A stretch of DNA of 64,000 nt from assembly GCF_009914755.1 (NCBI RefSeq), contig NC_060936.1. One strand, written 5' to 3'. Of the stretch, positions 12,151-24,634 are shown in pieces. The DNA is from the human T2T-CHM13v2.0 reference genome, Homo sapiens. How positions within the stretch are numbered: position 1 is the stretch's first letter; each line of letters starts with the position of its first letter. Under the pieces are notes generated by a model that saw only the letters and a list, made by a program, of their open reading frames with translations, did not search any database and was not told where the DNA came from. A program made the translations under genes and the position numbers.

Positions 12151-12552
12151 AGCTATGGCTTAAATGTGATCCTTCCAAAATTCAGGTGTTGAAACTTAAT
12201 GGACAATGTGATGATATTAAAACATGGGGCCTCTAAGAGGTGATTAGTTCATGAGAGTATCCCTCTCCATAAATGGGATTAAGGCTTTTATAACAGAGGT
12301 TTGACGCAGCATTTGGCTGACTTGTTCTTTCACCTTCTGCCATGTGAAGACACAGTTTTCCTCCCCTCTGAAGAATACAGCTACTAGGCACCATCTTGAA
12401 AGTAGGAAACAGCCCTCACTGGATAGCTAAACCTGTAGCACCTCAGTCTTGGACTTTCTAGCCTCTAGAACTGTGATAAAATAAATTTCTGTTATTTATA
12501 AACTACCCAGTCTCAGATATTCTGTTATAGCAGTGCAAAATGGACTAAGATA
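12151..12552 (+). mobile_element. MST (C/D-like) solo LTR
   Basis: GCTATGGCTTAAATGTG..CCAAAATTCAGGTGTTGAAACTTAAT...AACTACCCAGTCTCAGATATTCTGTTATAGCAG..AAATGGACTAAGATA. Confidence 0.88.
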
Positions 12553-15500
12553 GTTAAGATGTCTCCTGTTTGATTTTCCCTTTGTATTTTCCTACTCTTC
12601 TTTCAGGACGTTTTAATTTTGGCAAAATTCTACCGAGAGTTAGTTCTTTTTAACATGTTCATTTTCTACATATTTGAAAAATTAATATTATTCATTTCTA
12701 AAAATTTAATAGGAATATAGTGAGGTAAGTCAGTGTTACATTGGAAGAGATCTTAGAAGCTACTTAGAGTTCTCATTCTATAATTAAAACTGAATATAAA
12801 GCCACAAATCCAGAGTTCAGTGGATGAAAAAAGGGGTGAAGTGCTATTTTTTTAGGATTGCCTTCTCTTTGTTCCTTGCCTTCAATCCTCAATATTTAGC
12901 ATATTTTTAGTAGATTGGGAAGCATCAACCTAGAAGATATCATGATGCCTTTCTGTATATATACTTTGCATACAAGAACTCAGTGAACCTAATGTAATAG
13001 TGATGTCAAATTCTATTTCTTCAAATCTCCTTTACATCATACAACCTATAACTGAATGTATATTCTTAAGAATTTTCCAAAATTAATTATCCTCAAAAAT
13101 GGAAAATATAATCTAAATTGTACACAAAAGCCAGGAAACTTAAATGCCTCAGGATGAAGCTACAGTTTATCTTACATATTTTAACATCTAACTGGCTTTC
13201 TAGTCTATCGCTGACATTTATTAACAGGAACAATGGACAAAAACATGGTTTGAGAAAGTGATTTGTTTTATATTGAAGAAGTTTTGCCACACATGAGTCA
13301 ATTTAGTTATGTCAGAGGAAAAATAGCCATCTAAGATTCCATCAGGTACATTTCATATTCTTAAAACACTTCAGTTTGAAATGGGGCTGGGAACTCTTTC
13401 TTCGTGTTGCTTATTGGCCCAAACAACTTCACACATAGTTATCCTAAAAGTGTATTCTTCTTTCTGTCAGGCAATCATCCATTGGCTCAATTTAATGATC
13501 ATCCTGGATAAATCTCTGCACAACAATAAGAAGGAAATGAGCTACAGATATGGCAAATCTTTTATAACTCAACATCACATTCTGTGTATATCCCATATAT
13601 AATGTTCTTCCAAATATATATATATATATCAAAAATGTCTATAATAGAAAATTCAGAAAATGTAATTGCATAACAATAAATTTTACTTTTTATTCTCAGA
13701 TACACTGTAAGAATCTTTAGAAGTGCAAATAATTATATTATGAATTAATTTTGTATCTCATAAAATCATCTAAATAATTATTGATAATTACCTGAGTCTA
13801 CTAAAAGCACCCAACATCCAAATTTCCTTTTTTTTTTTTACTTAAAATTTATTGGCTTAGATATTTGGCTTACTCTCAAATACATCCTCTTAAAAATGAC
13901 TCTATAACATGACTATTTTTGCTGGATAAAATATTGCTTTACTGGAGAAGATTATTTGATTCTTATGATTGCTGGAAAATAAATTTAAATTATAGGTGAA
14001 GCTATTTTGGACTATTTCAGAAATATTTTAACATCATTCTAAGCTACTTATTTACATGGTTATGGTGATTTACACAATAAAAATCCAGTCAAATATGTTT
14101 CAAGAATATTATTTATCCATTACACCAATTTATTGTATGTCAAAATTTCCTATGCACTCATATATTTGGCAAAGTCTTGGTGATCAACTTTTTCACAACA
14201 AAACATTGCTGTTGCCAAGATTTTGGATTAATGACTGTGTTTACCTTCACAGCAATGGAAAATATTAAACAATGCAGAATTTTAAGCTTGGAGGTCTGAC
14301 TAATGCTGCAGAACTTGTTGAAATTTGCTTAACTCAAGCAGTGTGTCTGCAAAGACTGAATAACAACTCTGATTCCTTGTCTTTGCCAGTCAGTGTCAAT
14401 AAACATAGTTTTTACCAGCATGACTATTTTTACTCATCTTTGTGTACACAAATTCCATATTCTTTTTTATTACATGGTATAAAATTAAAGATTTATTTAG
14501 ACATTATCTTAATTTGAGTGTGTTCAGACATGCTGAGTTCTCAATAATATGACCTGTGTGGAGGGAGAGGATATTTAGGATTGTATAATATCTAGGAAAT
14601 TTATATATATATGTATATTTCCTATACTTAGCTTGCATAAAGGCAGCCTGTTTCACAAAGAACACTGTGCAAAGGGATGAAAGTTTAGAGCTGATCTAGG
14701 AAGATTTTGGTATATGAAAGAAGGGGATGTATCAACCAGTACTAGGTGGTTTTCATAGTGAAGGCAATACTCAAAATCAGTAGTGACTTTTTAAGGAAGG
14801 ACCCCAGCCAGACACTGGATTACGGGAAATAGGGTTTAGTTTCTGTGGGTGGTAGTTTTTTCTACTTAAGTGGCTTTAGAACAAGTTTCTATTTTTAGCC
14901 TCTCATTAAAGTATAAGTTAGAAAATTTGAAGAAATAAATGGTCTTGTGGATGCGTCCAATCTGTTCGTAAGGGAAGGAAGGAGAAGACGATATACTCCA
15001 GGGATTCATGGCAAGCTAAACAGTAAACTCCATAGGTAACTAGAACTTACCCAAGGTGTCAGTTTAGTTGAAGAAAGACTAAGTCTAGGTCATATTCTGT
15101 CATTGAACTGAGGCTACTAATTCCCTGTAGTTCTTCCCAGAACTGACTGAAGAGCTAAGCGAGGCTAATCAGTTAAGGGTTTATCTGAGCAATTTCAACT
15201 ATGATGAACCCAGAAAGTCAGGGAGAAAAATCAATACAAATATTTCATCTATTGTTGCGTTATCTTGTTAGAGATAGAGACATCATGATTTATGATTTAT
15301 AAAATAGCAACAATCTCTTTCATAGACAATGTATACGTCAGTCTGGTAGGATGTAATGAATTGTGGGATAGTTAGTCTTCCAAAATTTACATGTAAACCC
15401 TGCTGTAAAAAAAAAAAAAGATTCAACAGGCACAATGGTTAAAGTATCAGGTTTTTTTCAATGTATTTCTTAAACTTCAGTAATTTTCTGTATGTGTGCA

Positions 15501-16009
15501 CGCTCTCAGCCATCACTAAAGAAAATCTTCATGAAAGCCTGACTTTTAGCACTGTATACTCAACACCAAGAACAGGTTCAGAGGAAGCCTTAATCAGGAT
15601 GTGTTGAACCAACAGTATCCCATTACATGCTTGGAGTGACTTAAAGTAATGATATTTCTTGGCGTTGGTCAAATGTAAACAACTATGTTAAAGTTTATGG
15701 TTATAGTACTTTCCTGGAGATGTGTAGGTATCTATCTCTATTAGCCTTTTTGCTGTTAGCATCATACTTACACTTTCTTTCTTTAAGTCTATAAAGTGTT
15801 TCACAAATACTTTAAAAATTTGTGTTTTTCTCTCAAACTTAATCTCTCAGATGCTAAGACCTAAATAAATCTAGAACTTAAAGCATATTTGGAAATACTT
15901 ACTTATTCATTCTTATATTTGTTACCCATATTCACAAATTAATAGGCAAGTACATGTAGAAACTATCAGCTTCCCACATAAGAGATACACTATTTTCTTC
16001 AACTAAAAA

Positions 16010-16200
16010 AAATGAATGTTTATTAATCATATATTGAGTAATATGCTTTATGCTAGGAAGAGTGATAGGTTCTGAGAACTCCAAGATTAATTAAGACCCA
16101 GTTTCTTCAGACAAGAAACTTACAATCCAGAAGAAAAGAAATATCAATATACAGCAAAAAGTATAATTAGATAAGATTCAAAATAGAGGGTTAAAAAGAA
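16010..16200 (-). mobile_element. L2 3' fragment
   Basis: ATATTGAGTAATATGC..TGCTAGG..AAGACCCAGTTTCT..AAGAAACTTACAATCCAG resembles the reverse complement of the L2 3' end. Confidence 0.5.
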
Positions 16201-16721
16201 ATAAGAAATAACTAATTCTAACACCTAATAATTGAAACTTCTAGTGAGCCTTCCATACATTTCCCTTTTGTGATTCAATAATTTGATATTAAATACTCTT
16301 GCTTAATTGGTAATGATAAAATATGGAAGAAAAAATGAGTTTGCTGTGCAAGCAATACTTGATTTGCTTTGGCACATTCTAGGTAAGTTATATTTTTAAA
16401 TGGAAGCAGTTAACTCTTCACTTTCTTTATTTCTTTAAGCAATCACTAAAAATTATAATCAGATCTGAAATGGGAAAGTTGATATAGCCCAATGATGTTA
16501 AGCTCCTATTAAAATTACTGCACAGCATGTGATAAGTCATTAGACATAAAGGTATTGAATTTCTTAGTCAATGACTTTAATTAACGTCTGTTATGTACTT
16601 TGTTAAGAGAAATACTTACTACCCCACTTCTCCTGCTTCAGTAATATTTCACTCTACTGCCCAGGAAGAAAAAATATTGAAAGGACACTTCTGGGTCTTT
16701 ACCCTTGAATATCTATACCAG

Positions 16722-16775
16722 AAAAACAAACAAACAAAAAACAAACAAACAAACAAACAAAATAAACAAAAAACA
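16722..16775. repeat. (AAAC)n microsatellite
   Basis: Directly visible, imperfect. Confidence 0.9.
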
Positions 16776-17339
16776 ATAACTTATTCAGCTGGTAGCATTA
16801 GTAAAAAAGGCTGCTGGGAATGCACAACTCATGTCTCTTGTTCTCAAGCTCTCTCTTTCCTTCTCTGAACCCACTTTTCAAACTGGTTTTCCTTAAGCAG
16901 TGTAAGGACTCTCTATTGCTATCCTCCATACAAGAAGAAACAGCAAGACCCAATTGTGTAAAGCTGTAGTTGTGTTATTTATTTGCCCAAGTTAAATTTA
17001 TGGAGTAAATTCCAGGAAGCCTAATTTGGCTTTGGGTTTATGCTATGTTTTCACACTTCAGTCCAGCTTTCCCAGTCATCCCTATAGTACTCCTGTGTCT
17101 CTATCATAATTGATTCTGAATTCAAAAGTACGTCATGATTTATCATGTCAAACATAGACACACTTTTATTTGCAAACATTCATGTGGAACATTAACGTGT
17201 ACACATATATACAAACGCTAATATACTCTCTGCCTTTTAAGAGTTTATGATTTAAATAGGGATAAGATTATTACCCAAGGCTATTACCCACAGAACTGCA
17301 ATGTAACGCCAACAATGTCTGAAGGTATAGAATACAGGT

Positions 17340-17800
17340 TATGATGGATGCTGCTGGTTTCCTGCCCCAACTTCCAAGGAGCTCTTAAAACACTATCACA
17401 AAATATTTCCATTTCTCAAGATCCATTCAGCTATGTGTTTGATTGACTATGTGCTGGCCAATGGATCATGAGTCAGGGTGTTTCGTGAAAGTTTGCAGGT
17501 AATTTGTTTGAAAGAGAACTAGAGTATATCTGTCTGTCTTTCCCTTTTTCTTTCTACTGCTGCTTAGGATGTATCTCCTGTAAGTGGAGGCCTATTTTTG
17601 TCTATGGGAACATGACTCATGTCTTAGTGTTAGTGAAACAGGGAGCTGCAAACAACATGAAATCCCCAGGACTAAAAGTCACCATTCTAACCCTAGAGAT
17701 TGCTCACATCTGGGCTTTTTATAAGAAAGTTTTAAACTTCTATTTTTTTTAAATAGCACCATTTCTATTATCTATGTTATGCACAGACAAGCTGACGTTT
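17340..17800 (+). mobile_element. Ancient MLT1 (J/K-like) LTR
   Basis: GTGCTGGCCAATGGATCATGAG, CTACTGCTGCTTAGGATG, CACATCTGGGCTTTTTATAAGAAAG..TAAACTTCTAT. Confidence 0.55.
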
Positions 17801-18557
17801 AGAAAATCAGTTATGAAGTAAAAGAAAGTCTTTTTGAGATTGATGACATACAAGATAACTTCTTAAGGCTGAGTAGGGATTACGTATGTTGCTGGATTGG
17901 TAGTGGTTGGGTGGCACGGTGGGGGACTGATTGCTACAAAACAAAGTGACTGTTTAGAAATTTTAGAGAATGAAAATAATCTGGCTTTGTGGAAAGTGGA
18001 AAGTATGTGAAAGGGGGCAAGGTCTGGAGAGTCATGAAACCAGACTGAAAAATAATGGGTAATTGAATAGAGAGTGCTCTAGGTTCTCAGGCAAGATACA
18101 TAATCATTCTGTATAAACAGAATGATAAACATGGAGGAGATTAGTGGAGTGATGGGGAAAGCATGACTCAGCAGTAGCATGAGAAACAGTCGGGGCGATC
18201 AACCATGCAAGGGGTCAAAGCCTTTAACTTTGGGACTGGCAGTGAGAATGGAAAGCAGAGATACATACAATACCATCTGAAATCATCAAATATCTTGAAA
18301 AGGTATATACTGTAATATCTCCAACCCTCATATTCACTGAATTTTTAAGTCATTACAATTTTGTTTTAGCATGCCAGTGGAATTCCTCTTGTTTAAGTTG
18401 CCATGAGGAAAGATTATTCTTCACTGGTCTCTTCTCTGTTTTAAAATGTAGGCCCTTCTGTAGCATTTGACTTTGCTAAACACAACACTATTTGAGGCTC
18501 CATCAGAGACCAGAAAGATAATCTCTCCTGGCTTGTTAGGCATTCTTTATCAGACTC

Positions 18558-18984
18558 TGTCTGTCAGTGTTCTGTAAGGAAGCAGAAACAATAGAATGTT
18601 TGTGTGTTTATGTTGTTTGTGTATGTGCGAGCGTGGAGACAGAGAGAGAGACTGATTTTAAGAAATTGGTTTATCCTATTGTTTCAGGGCAGATTTGCAG
18701 CTAGAGACCCAGGGATAAGTTGATATTGAACCTCAAGTCTAAAACAGTCCAGAAGCAGCATTCCTTTTTCTTCAGGCAGCCTCAGACTGTTTTCTCTTAT
18801 GGCCTCCAACTAATTGGATGATGCTTACTCATATTATGGAGGGCAATCTGCTTTACTCAAATTCTACTGATTAACCTGTTAATCTCATCTAAAAATATCA
18901 TCACAGCAACATCTAGATTGGTGTTTGACCAAGTATCTAAGCATTGTTCAATAGCCAAGTTGATATATAAAACTAATTATCACA
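18558..18984 (-). mobile_element. ERVL solo LTR, MLT2D/C-like
   Basis: TATGGAGGGCAATCTGCTTTACTCAAATTCTACTGATT...GCCAAGTTGATATATAAAACTAATTATCACA; flanks GACTC/CACTC (4/5 TSD). Confidence 0.85.
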
Positions 18985-19594
18985 CACTCTTCAACAAATA
19001 TGCTTTTTCCTACCCCTCAAAGTAAAATATTTTTAAGTGTTTACTCCTTGGATCTCTTTGTTACCCAGATAATACTTGCCTATATTCAGTAACCACCTAT
19101 ACATTGATGACTCACAAGTCTTGTTTCTTAAAATTGACTTCTGAATTATCTGTACTGAAGAAAGAGATAGAATTGTCAATAATATGACAGCAGAGAGGTA
19201 AAGAGGTTCAAGAACAGAATCAGAGAAAGAGTCAAATTTAAAGAAAAGGAGGATAAAAGTAGTCCTAACAGACAAGAAGGAAACAAACTAAAGGTTGAGG
19301 GGTCAGGTGGCCATACCAATAGAATCAGCCAATTATCATGTTGCTGAGGACAGTTTCAATAGCAGTAATGAATCAGAAACCTCAGAGAAGATGAAAACCA
19401 AGGTAAAGGTAATTCAATTTGGACACTAGAAGATAATTGGGGATATTTTTGGAAGGAGACATGGGTTCATTGAAATAGAGATGTGTGTGCGGAAAATGGT
19501 TTCAAAATTTTAAAAAAACTGCAAAACAGCAGTCTCAAGGGGGAAAACCACCACAAATCATAATGCTGGGAGGATATACAAGCCATCAAACCAT

Positions 19595-19695
19595 CCTGCT
19601 TATAAGCTATGAGAACTTAGGCAAATGAATAAATCTCTATCTCAGTTTCCTCATTTATGTAGTAGGGCTAATATATGTATTTTGAAGGGTTATAC
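19595..19695 (+). mobile_element. MIR fragment
   Basis: CTTAGGCAAATGAATAAATCTCTATCTCAGTTTCCTCATTTATGTA (MIR core). Confidence 0.75.
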
Positions 19696-19759
19696 GTGTG
19701 TGTGTATTTAACACATACACACTCATATATATGTGAATATATATATATATATATGTATG

Positions 19760-20747
19760 CATGTCATGAGTCACATAATGAACTTTTGGTCAACAACTAA
19801 CTGCATGTACAACAGTAGCGTAATAATAATAGAACTGAATTATTTCCATTGCCTGGTAACTTTACAACCATATTTCTGAAAAGAAAGACGCCTCCTCAAG
19901 AAGAAATTCAGGCAGGTCCTTCAGGAGGTATTGCAGGAGAAGGCATTGTTATCATAGGAGATGACAGCTCCATGTTTATTATTGCCCCTGACGGACCTTA
20001 CATTGGGACAATATGTGGAGCTAGAAGGCAGCGATATTGATGATCCCGACCCTATGTAGGCCTATGCTGATGTGTTTATTTGTGTCTGAATTTTTCACAA
20101 GAAAGTTTAAAAAGTAAAAAATAAGTAAATATTTAATATATATACTTATAGAATACAGATATAAATAAATAAAATATTTTTGGACAGCTGTACAATGTGG
20201 TTGTATTTTAAGCTGCTTTATTAAAAAAGAGAGATTTTTTTTAAAAAAGTGAAATGTTTGTAAAGCAAAAGAAGTTATAGTAAGCTAAGATTAATATATC
20301 ATCAAAACTAAAAATATTTTTTATAAATTTAGTGTAGTCTAAGTGTACAATAATGATAAAGTCTATAGTCATGTCCTAGGCCTTCACATTCACTCACCAT
20401 TCATTCACTGATTTGCTCAGAGCAACTTCCAATCCTACAAGCTCCATTTATGGTAAGTGCCATGTATAGGTGTGCCATTTTTTATCTTTTATACCATATT
20501 TTTTCCTGTAACTTTTCTATGTTTAGATAGAAAGATACAAAAATACTTACCATTGTATTACAATTGCCTGTAGAATTTAGTACAGTCAAATGCTATACAA
20601 GTTTGTTGCCTATATTATATAGCCTAGAAGTGTGGTAGGCTATACCATATAGGTTTATTAAGTATACCCTATAATATGAATACAATAAGGAAATTCCCTA
20701 ACAATGCATTTATCAGAACACAAACCTGTCATTAAGTGACAAGTCTG
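19760..20747 (+). mobile_element. Tigger3 (Tigger3b/MER7B-like) non-autonomous DNA transposon
   Basis: Decayed TIRs (GTCATGAGTCACATAATGA ... TCATTAAGTGACAAGTCTG followed by TA); CAGGCAGGTCCTTCAGGAGGTATTGCAGGAGAAGGCATTGTTATCATAGGAGATGACAGCTCC; CCTTCACATTCACTCACCA. Confidence 0.9.
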
Positions 20748-21154
20748 TATACACTTCAATATGTTAAAAATTATAGTAAATATTCAATAAAACCAGATAC
20801 AGTAATTGTTTAATGTACAGTAGGGACAAGTCTGTGTGCCTATTTGGATGATGGGATTTCACATGCAGCCACTTTCTACCTGGAAATACAAGTGAAATTT
20901 CTCCCACATTGTCCCTGTGCTCTCTTGTCACTAGAGCTAAAAGCAACTGGTCCAATGTTTTACTAGTCATTGAGATATGTATGAAGTGAAACATACCTAT
21001 GTACTGTGTGGACTGAAGCCAGGATCTTCTTTCATCCAAGGACTTGTGCTTGTCTGTATCTTCTGTGTACTGAGCTGGGCTACTGTATGTTTGTTTCTCA
21101 GATATATGCCTTGATGACATACAGTAAACATCAGATTGATGGGAAATCCTACAA

Positions 21155-21389
21155 CAGGATTTTTGAGAATTGGAACTATTGATATTTTGGGTTGAATAAT
21201 TCTTTTTTGAGGGGTGAAGTTGCTGTCTTGTGAATTGTAGGAGGTTTAGCAGCATCCTTGGCCTCTACTAACTAAATGTGAGTAGCAACCTCCTTGATGT
21301 GACAGCCTAAAGAGTATCCTCATATTTCCAAATGTCCTTGGGCAGTGCAAGGTATAAACTGTTTCTCTTCCTGCAGTTCAGAACCACTG
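21155..21389 (-). mobile_element. MER20 (hAT-Charlie MITE)
   Basis: TTGTAGGAGGTTTAGCAGCATCCTTGGCCTCTAC...GTTCAGAACCACTG; 8-bp flanks TCCTACAA/CCCTGCAA (6/8). Confidence 0.9.
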
Positions 21390-22339
21390 CCCTGCAACCA
21401 TCGAAATGCAGTGTATAGGAATTATTCTGTGCATGGCCTCATTTTCTGGATGCTTCTATGTATGTATGTAGTAAGTAGAAAACTTTTTTGCCGTTGGTTT
21501 ATTCAAAGCATGACTGTGTATTTCTTATAGACGGGTATGGCTAATTACTAAGAGCATTAGTCCGGCAGCTTGTGACAGGGATCAAGCAGCAATTTTTACC
21601 AAAATAAAACATTTTATTAGAAAGAACAAGTTAAGATTTTGGACAGTATGAATAATCTCTTGGGTCTCTATTAACAGGACTAAGAAAATAATCTTTGAGT
21701 AGCATTCCCAGAACTTTTTCTATTACCATTTAATGGGAGTTGCCAGTATTATGGGAAACTCTCTTTGAGGAATACCAGACTATGGGAGGGCCAAGAATGT
21801 TCTATTGTGTTCATTAATGGTAGATATCGAATACTCTCAAAGTCCTTCAAAAGAGTGGCAAAGAATCCCCAAAGATTCACAAGTACTTCTGCTCAGTCCA
21901 TCTCCTAGATTAAGCCCTTTTCTATACATTCCCTAAAACTCTTCAGAGATTTTTATAAAACTGTTTTTAACAAAATAGCCTCTAATACAAAAGGATCTAA
22001 ATTCTAATTTGAAATGCCTTTTTCTAGAAGTCATGAATTTTAAGGTCTAGATTCTTACAGGAAATGGATAACTAATCTTTCAAAATAATTTTAAACATCA
22101 GAAACTAAAATGAAAATTATTTCAAAAATCAATTTACCTTTTTCAAAATCTATTTTTTTATTGTCAGTTGAAAACCTGGCTAGTGTTGAAATGGTAGCAA
22201 GATTACTTTCTTTTCCTTCATAATATTAAGAGCATGCAGTCATGCAATTACTCTGGTAAGAATCCTTATCTGACCATTTTCCTTCAAGGTAAAATCATGC
22301 ATGCCTTTTGTGGGGTTCATGATGATCTCCCTTCTGGGT

Positions 22340-23210
22340 GCCATATTTCTAATCTCACTTTGCTCACTACCACATGCCCTATGCACTCTATTGTAGGTGT
22401 AGGTTTCCAACACCTACAATGGGCCTCATGCCTCAGTGCCTTCATAGGCTGTTTTTTTGTTTTTTTTTTTTCCTCACATCTTCATGGAAATGACTTTTGA
22501 CACAGATCCACGACTCATCTCAAGTGTAGGTTGCTCTGGAAAGTCTTCCTTTGGCTCCATTTGAGTTACATTCCGGGTCTGGCATCTTCCGACAGGGTAG
22601 CAGCCATGAGGTCCTGTCTGGCCAACCTTCCACTACAGGAGCATCACTGAGCAAGAACCCAACTGCTGTACTCAACTACATGGCTGCAGTTGTGTGAAGG
22701 CCGCCCCTCCTAGGCTGTCTGGTCAACAACTGAGTGTGGTGAGAGACTAAGGCAGACTCATCCTGGGGAACATGGACACTTGTGGTTTTGGCGTTGCCTC
22801 AACGCCTCTTCTGCTTGGCTGGATTTTTCTCAGACTAACTGGCAGGCTAAGAAATGTTCACCCAGACCACCTTCCTCTCTTTTTCATTCTGAATCAGACT
22901 TGCTGACTGCTTCTCAAATTTCTTCACTTCCTTCCTATGTTCTCTCACAGCCATTTGCCCTAAGAAAATCTTTGCATGTTTAATCTTGTCTTAGCATCTG
23001 GTTCTCAGAGGACCCACAGTAACATATACAAGTTCCCATGTAATTCTCTAACTAGACTCCCCATTATGCTGCATTGTACTTGCACATTTATTAGGTGGTT
23101 TTCCAGACTTGGTTATAATCTTTTTTGTCACTGGGAATTGGGCCTTCTTCTTCTCTATCCTCAGTGCGATATTTAGGAAACGTTCAATACATGTCTGTCA
23201 AATGAAAGAC
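22340..23210 (+). mobile_element. L2 3' fragment, interrupted by LTR16
   Basis: CATGCCTCAGTGCCTTCATAGGCTG before the LTR; L2-like tail TTCAATACATGTCTGTCAAATGAA after it. Confidence 0.55.
22596..23025 (+). mobile_element. ERVL LTR16 (A/B-like) solo LTR
   Basis: GTAGCAGCCATGAGG start, CAACAACTGAGTGTGG, end AAAATCTTTGCATGTTTAATCTTGTCTTAGCATCTGGTTCTCAGAGGACCC. Confidence 0.72.
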
Positions 23211-23372
23211 AGAATCACTCACTTTACCAAGCTTTCAATCCTACAGACAAACACGACTGAATCCATTAAAAAAATTGACTTACTGCAAGGCACTCTGGTT
23301 GCTATAGGATACAGAAAGCTATTAAGATAGTTCTCCATTTCTCAGCTTATAATTTTAGATCTGAAGATAGAG

Positions 23373-23597
23373 AAATATAAATATATTATGTTCATAAAAA
23401 GGCTTGTGTGTGTGTGTTTGTGTGTGTGTGTATGTCTAAAAAGTTCTATTAAGCAGTTTAGAGAAAAGAGAATGCATTGTGGGTTTGCAAATATAAATAC
23501 ATTATGTTAATATAAAGGTGTGTGTGTGTGTGTGTGTGTGTGTCAAAAAAAGTGGTATTAAGCAGTTTACAGAAAAGAGAATGGATTGTGGGCTGGG
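23373..23597. repeat. Two-copy ~116-bp tandem duplication, each copy containing (TG)n
   Basis: AAATATAAATA(T/C)ATTATGTT..(TG)n..TATTAAGCAGTTTA(G/C)AGAAAAGAGAATG(C/G)ATTGTGGG starting at 23373 and 23489. Confidence 0.92.
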
Positions 23598-23849
23598 AAA
23601 ATCATGTACATTTTATCAGCAATAGTGTTTCACTTGACAGTTATAGATTGTTTACCCAGATAAAGAAAAGGGTATGTAAACAGGCTGGTAGAATGGCAAA
23701 AATAAAATGTGGAAGCCAGGAGTGCTCACAGAGTCTTTGGGAATGAGCAAACTCCTTTCTCTGCCATAAAGTGTTAATTTAGGAAGATAAGACTATGAAT
23801 CACTTTAAATAACAGGCTAAGGAGTTATTTCATAAAATTTTTTACCTAA

Positions 23850-24245
23850 TTTTCTATGCACTAGCCACCCACACCAACCTGCTTGCTGTTCAGGAGCAAT
23901 AAGAATGCTTCCACCTCAAGGCCTTTTCACTTGCTTAGCCTTCAGTATCATTAATTTTCTCTATTCCTTCCTGTTTTTACTTAAATGTCACTTCCTCATT
24001 GCTTCATTCCCCACCATTCTATCTAGGGGTTCAAAATCATTCCAACGTTTATATCATCCTCAACTAGCCCTATCACTAACATTCTATGTACTGAACTTTT
24101 GAAAGATTATTTCTTACCTCCCCACTAAAACATAAATTCATTAAGAACATAGAATTTTGTTTCTTTGCTTCAGTCTTATATTTTCACTGTCTGGATTCAT
24201 AATTGGTACATACTAGGCATTCAGGAAACAATTTCTGGATGAGAA
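23850..24245 (+). mobile_element. L2 3' fragment
   Basis: CTTCCACCTCAAGGCCTTTTCACTTGCT, CTTAAATGTCACTTCCTCA, TTGGTACATACTAGGCATTCA. Confidence 0.7.
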
Positions 24246-24452
24246 TTGGGGAATTGCTGAAGCTTCCAAAATGAGAATGGAAACATTATGTGCAGTATTT
24301 TAAAGCAATGGCTGAGAAAAATTACATGCATCTACAATCAGCAGAATGAGTCACTTAGGATGGAAGTAATGATGAGGGGTTAAAAAAAAAAAGTTGGTAA
24401 TCATTGTAAGCTTCTAAGGGCCAAACTAAAATAATAATCATGTGTATGAAAA

Positions 24453-24634
24453 CAATGTTTCTCAAACTCTGACCCCTGAACCATCATCGTCATCATCACC
24501 TCAGAGTTTTTGGGAAGGCAAATCCTCTGGGTCTACCTCATACCTACTTAATCATAAACTGAAGATGGGGGTCTAGCAATCAATGCTGTAACAAGCTCTC
24601 CAGGGATTCTAAGGACGCTAAAGTTTGACAACTG
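24453..24634 (+). mobile_element. MER5A
   Basis: CAATGTTTCTCAAA..ATCATCACCT..CCTACTTAATCATAAACT..TAACAAGCTCTCCAGGGATTCT..CTAAAGTTTGA. Confidence 0.85.

Noticed and set aside
20764-21255. 163-aa minus-strand ORF
   Set aside because: Begins inside MER20 at a non-ATG codon; no recognisable domain or splice structure.
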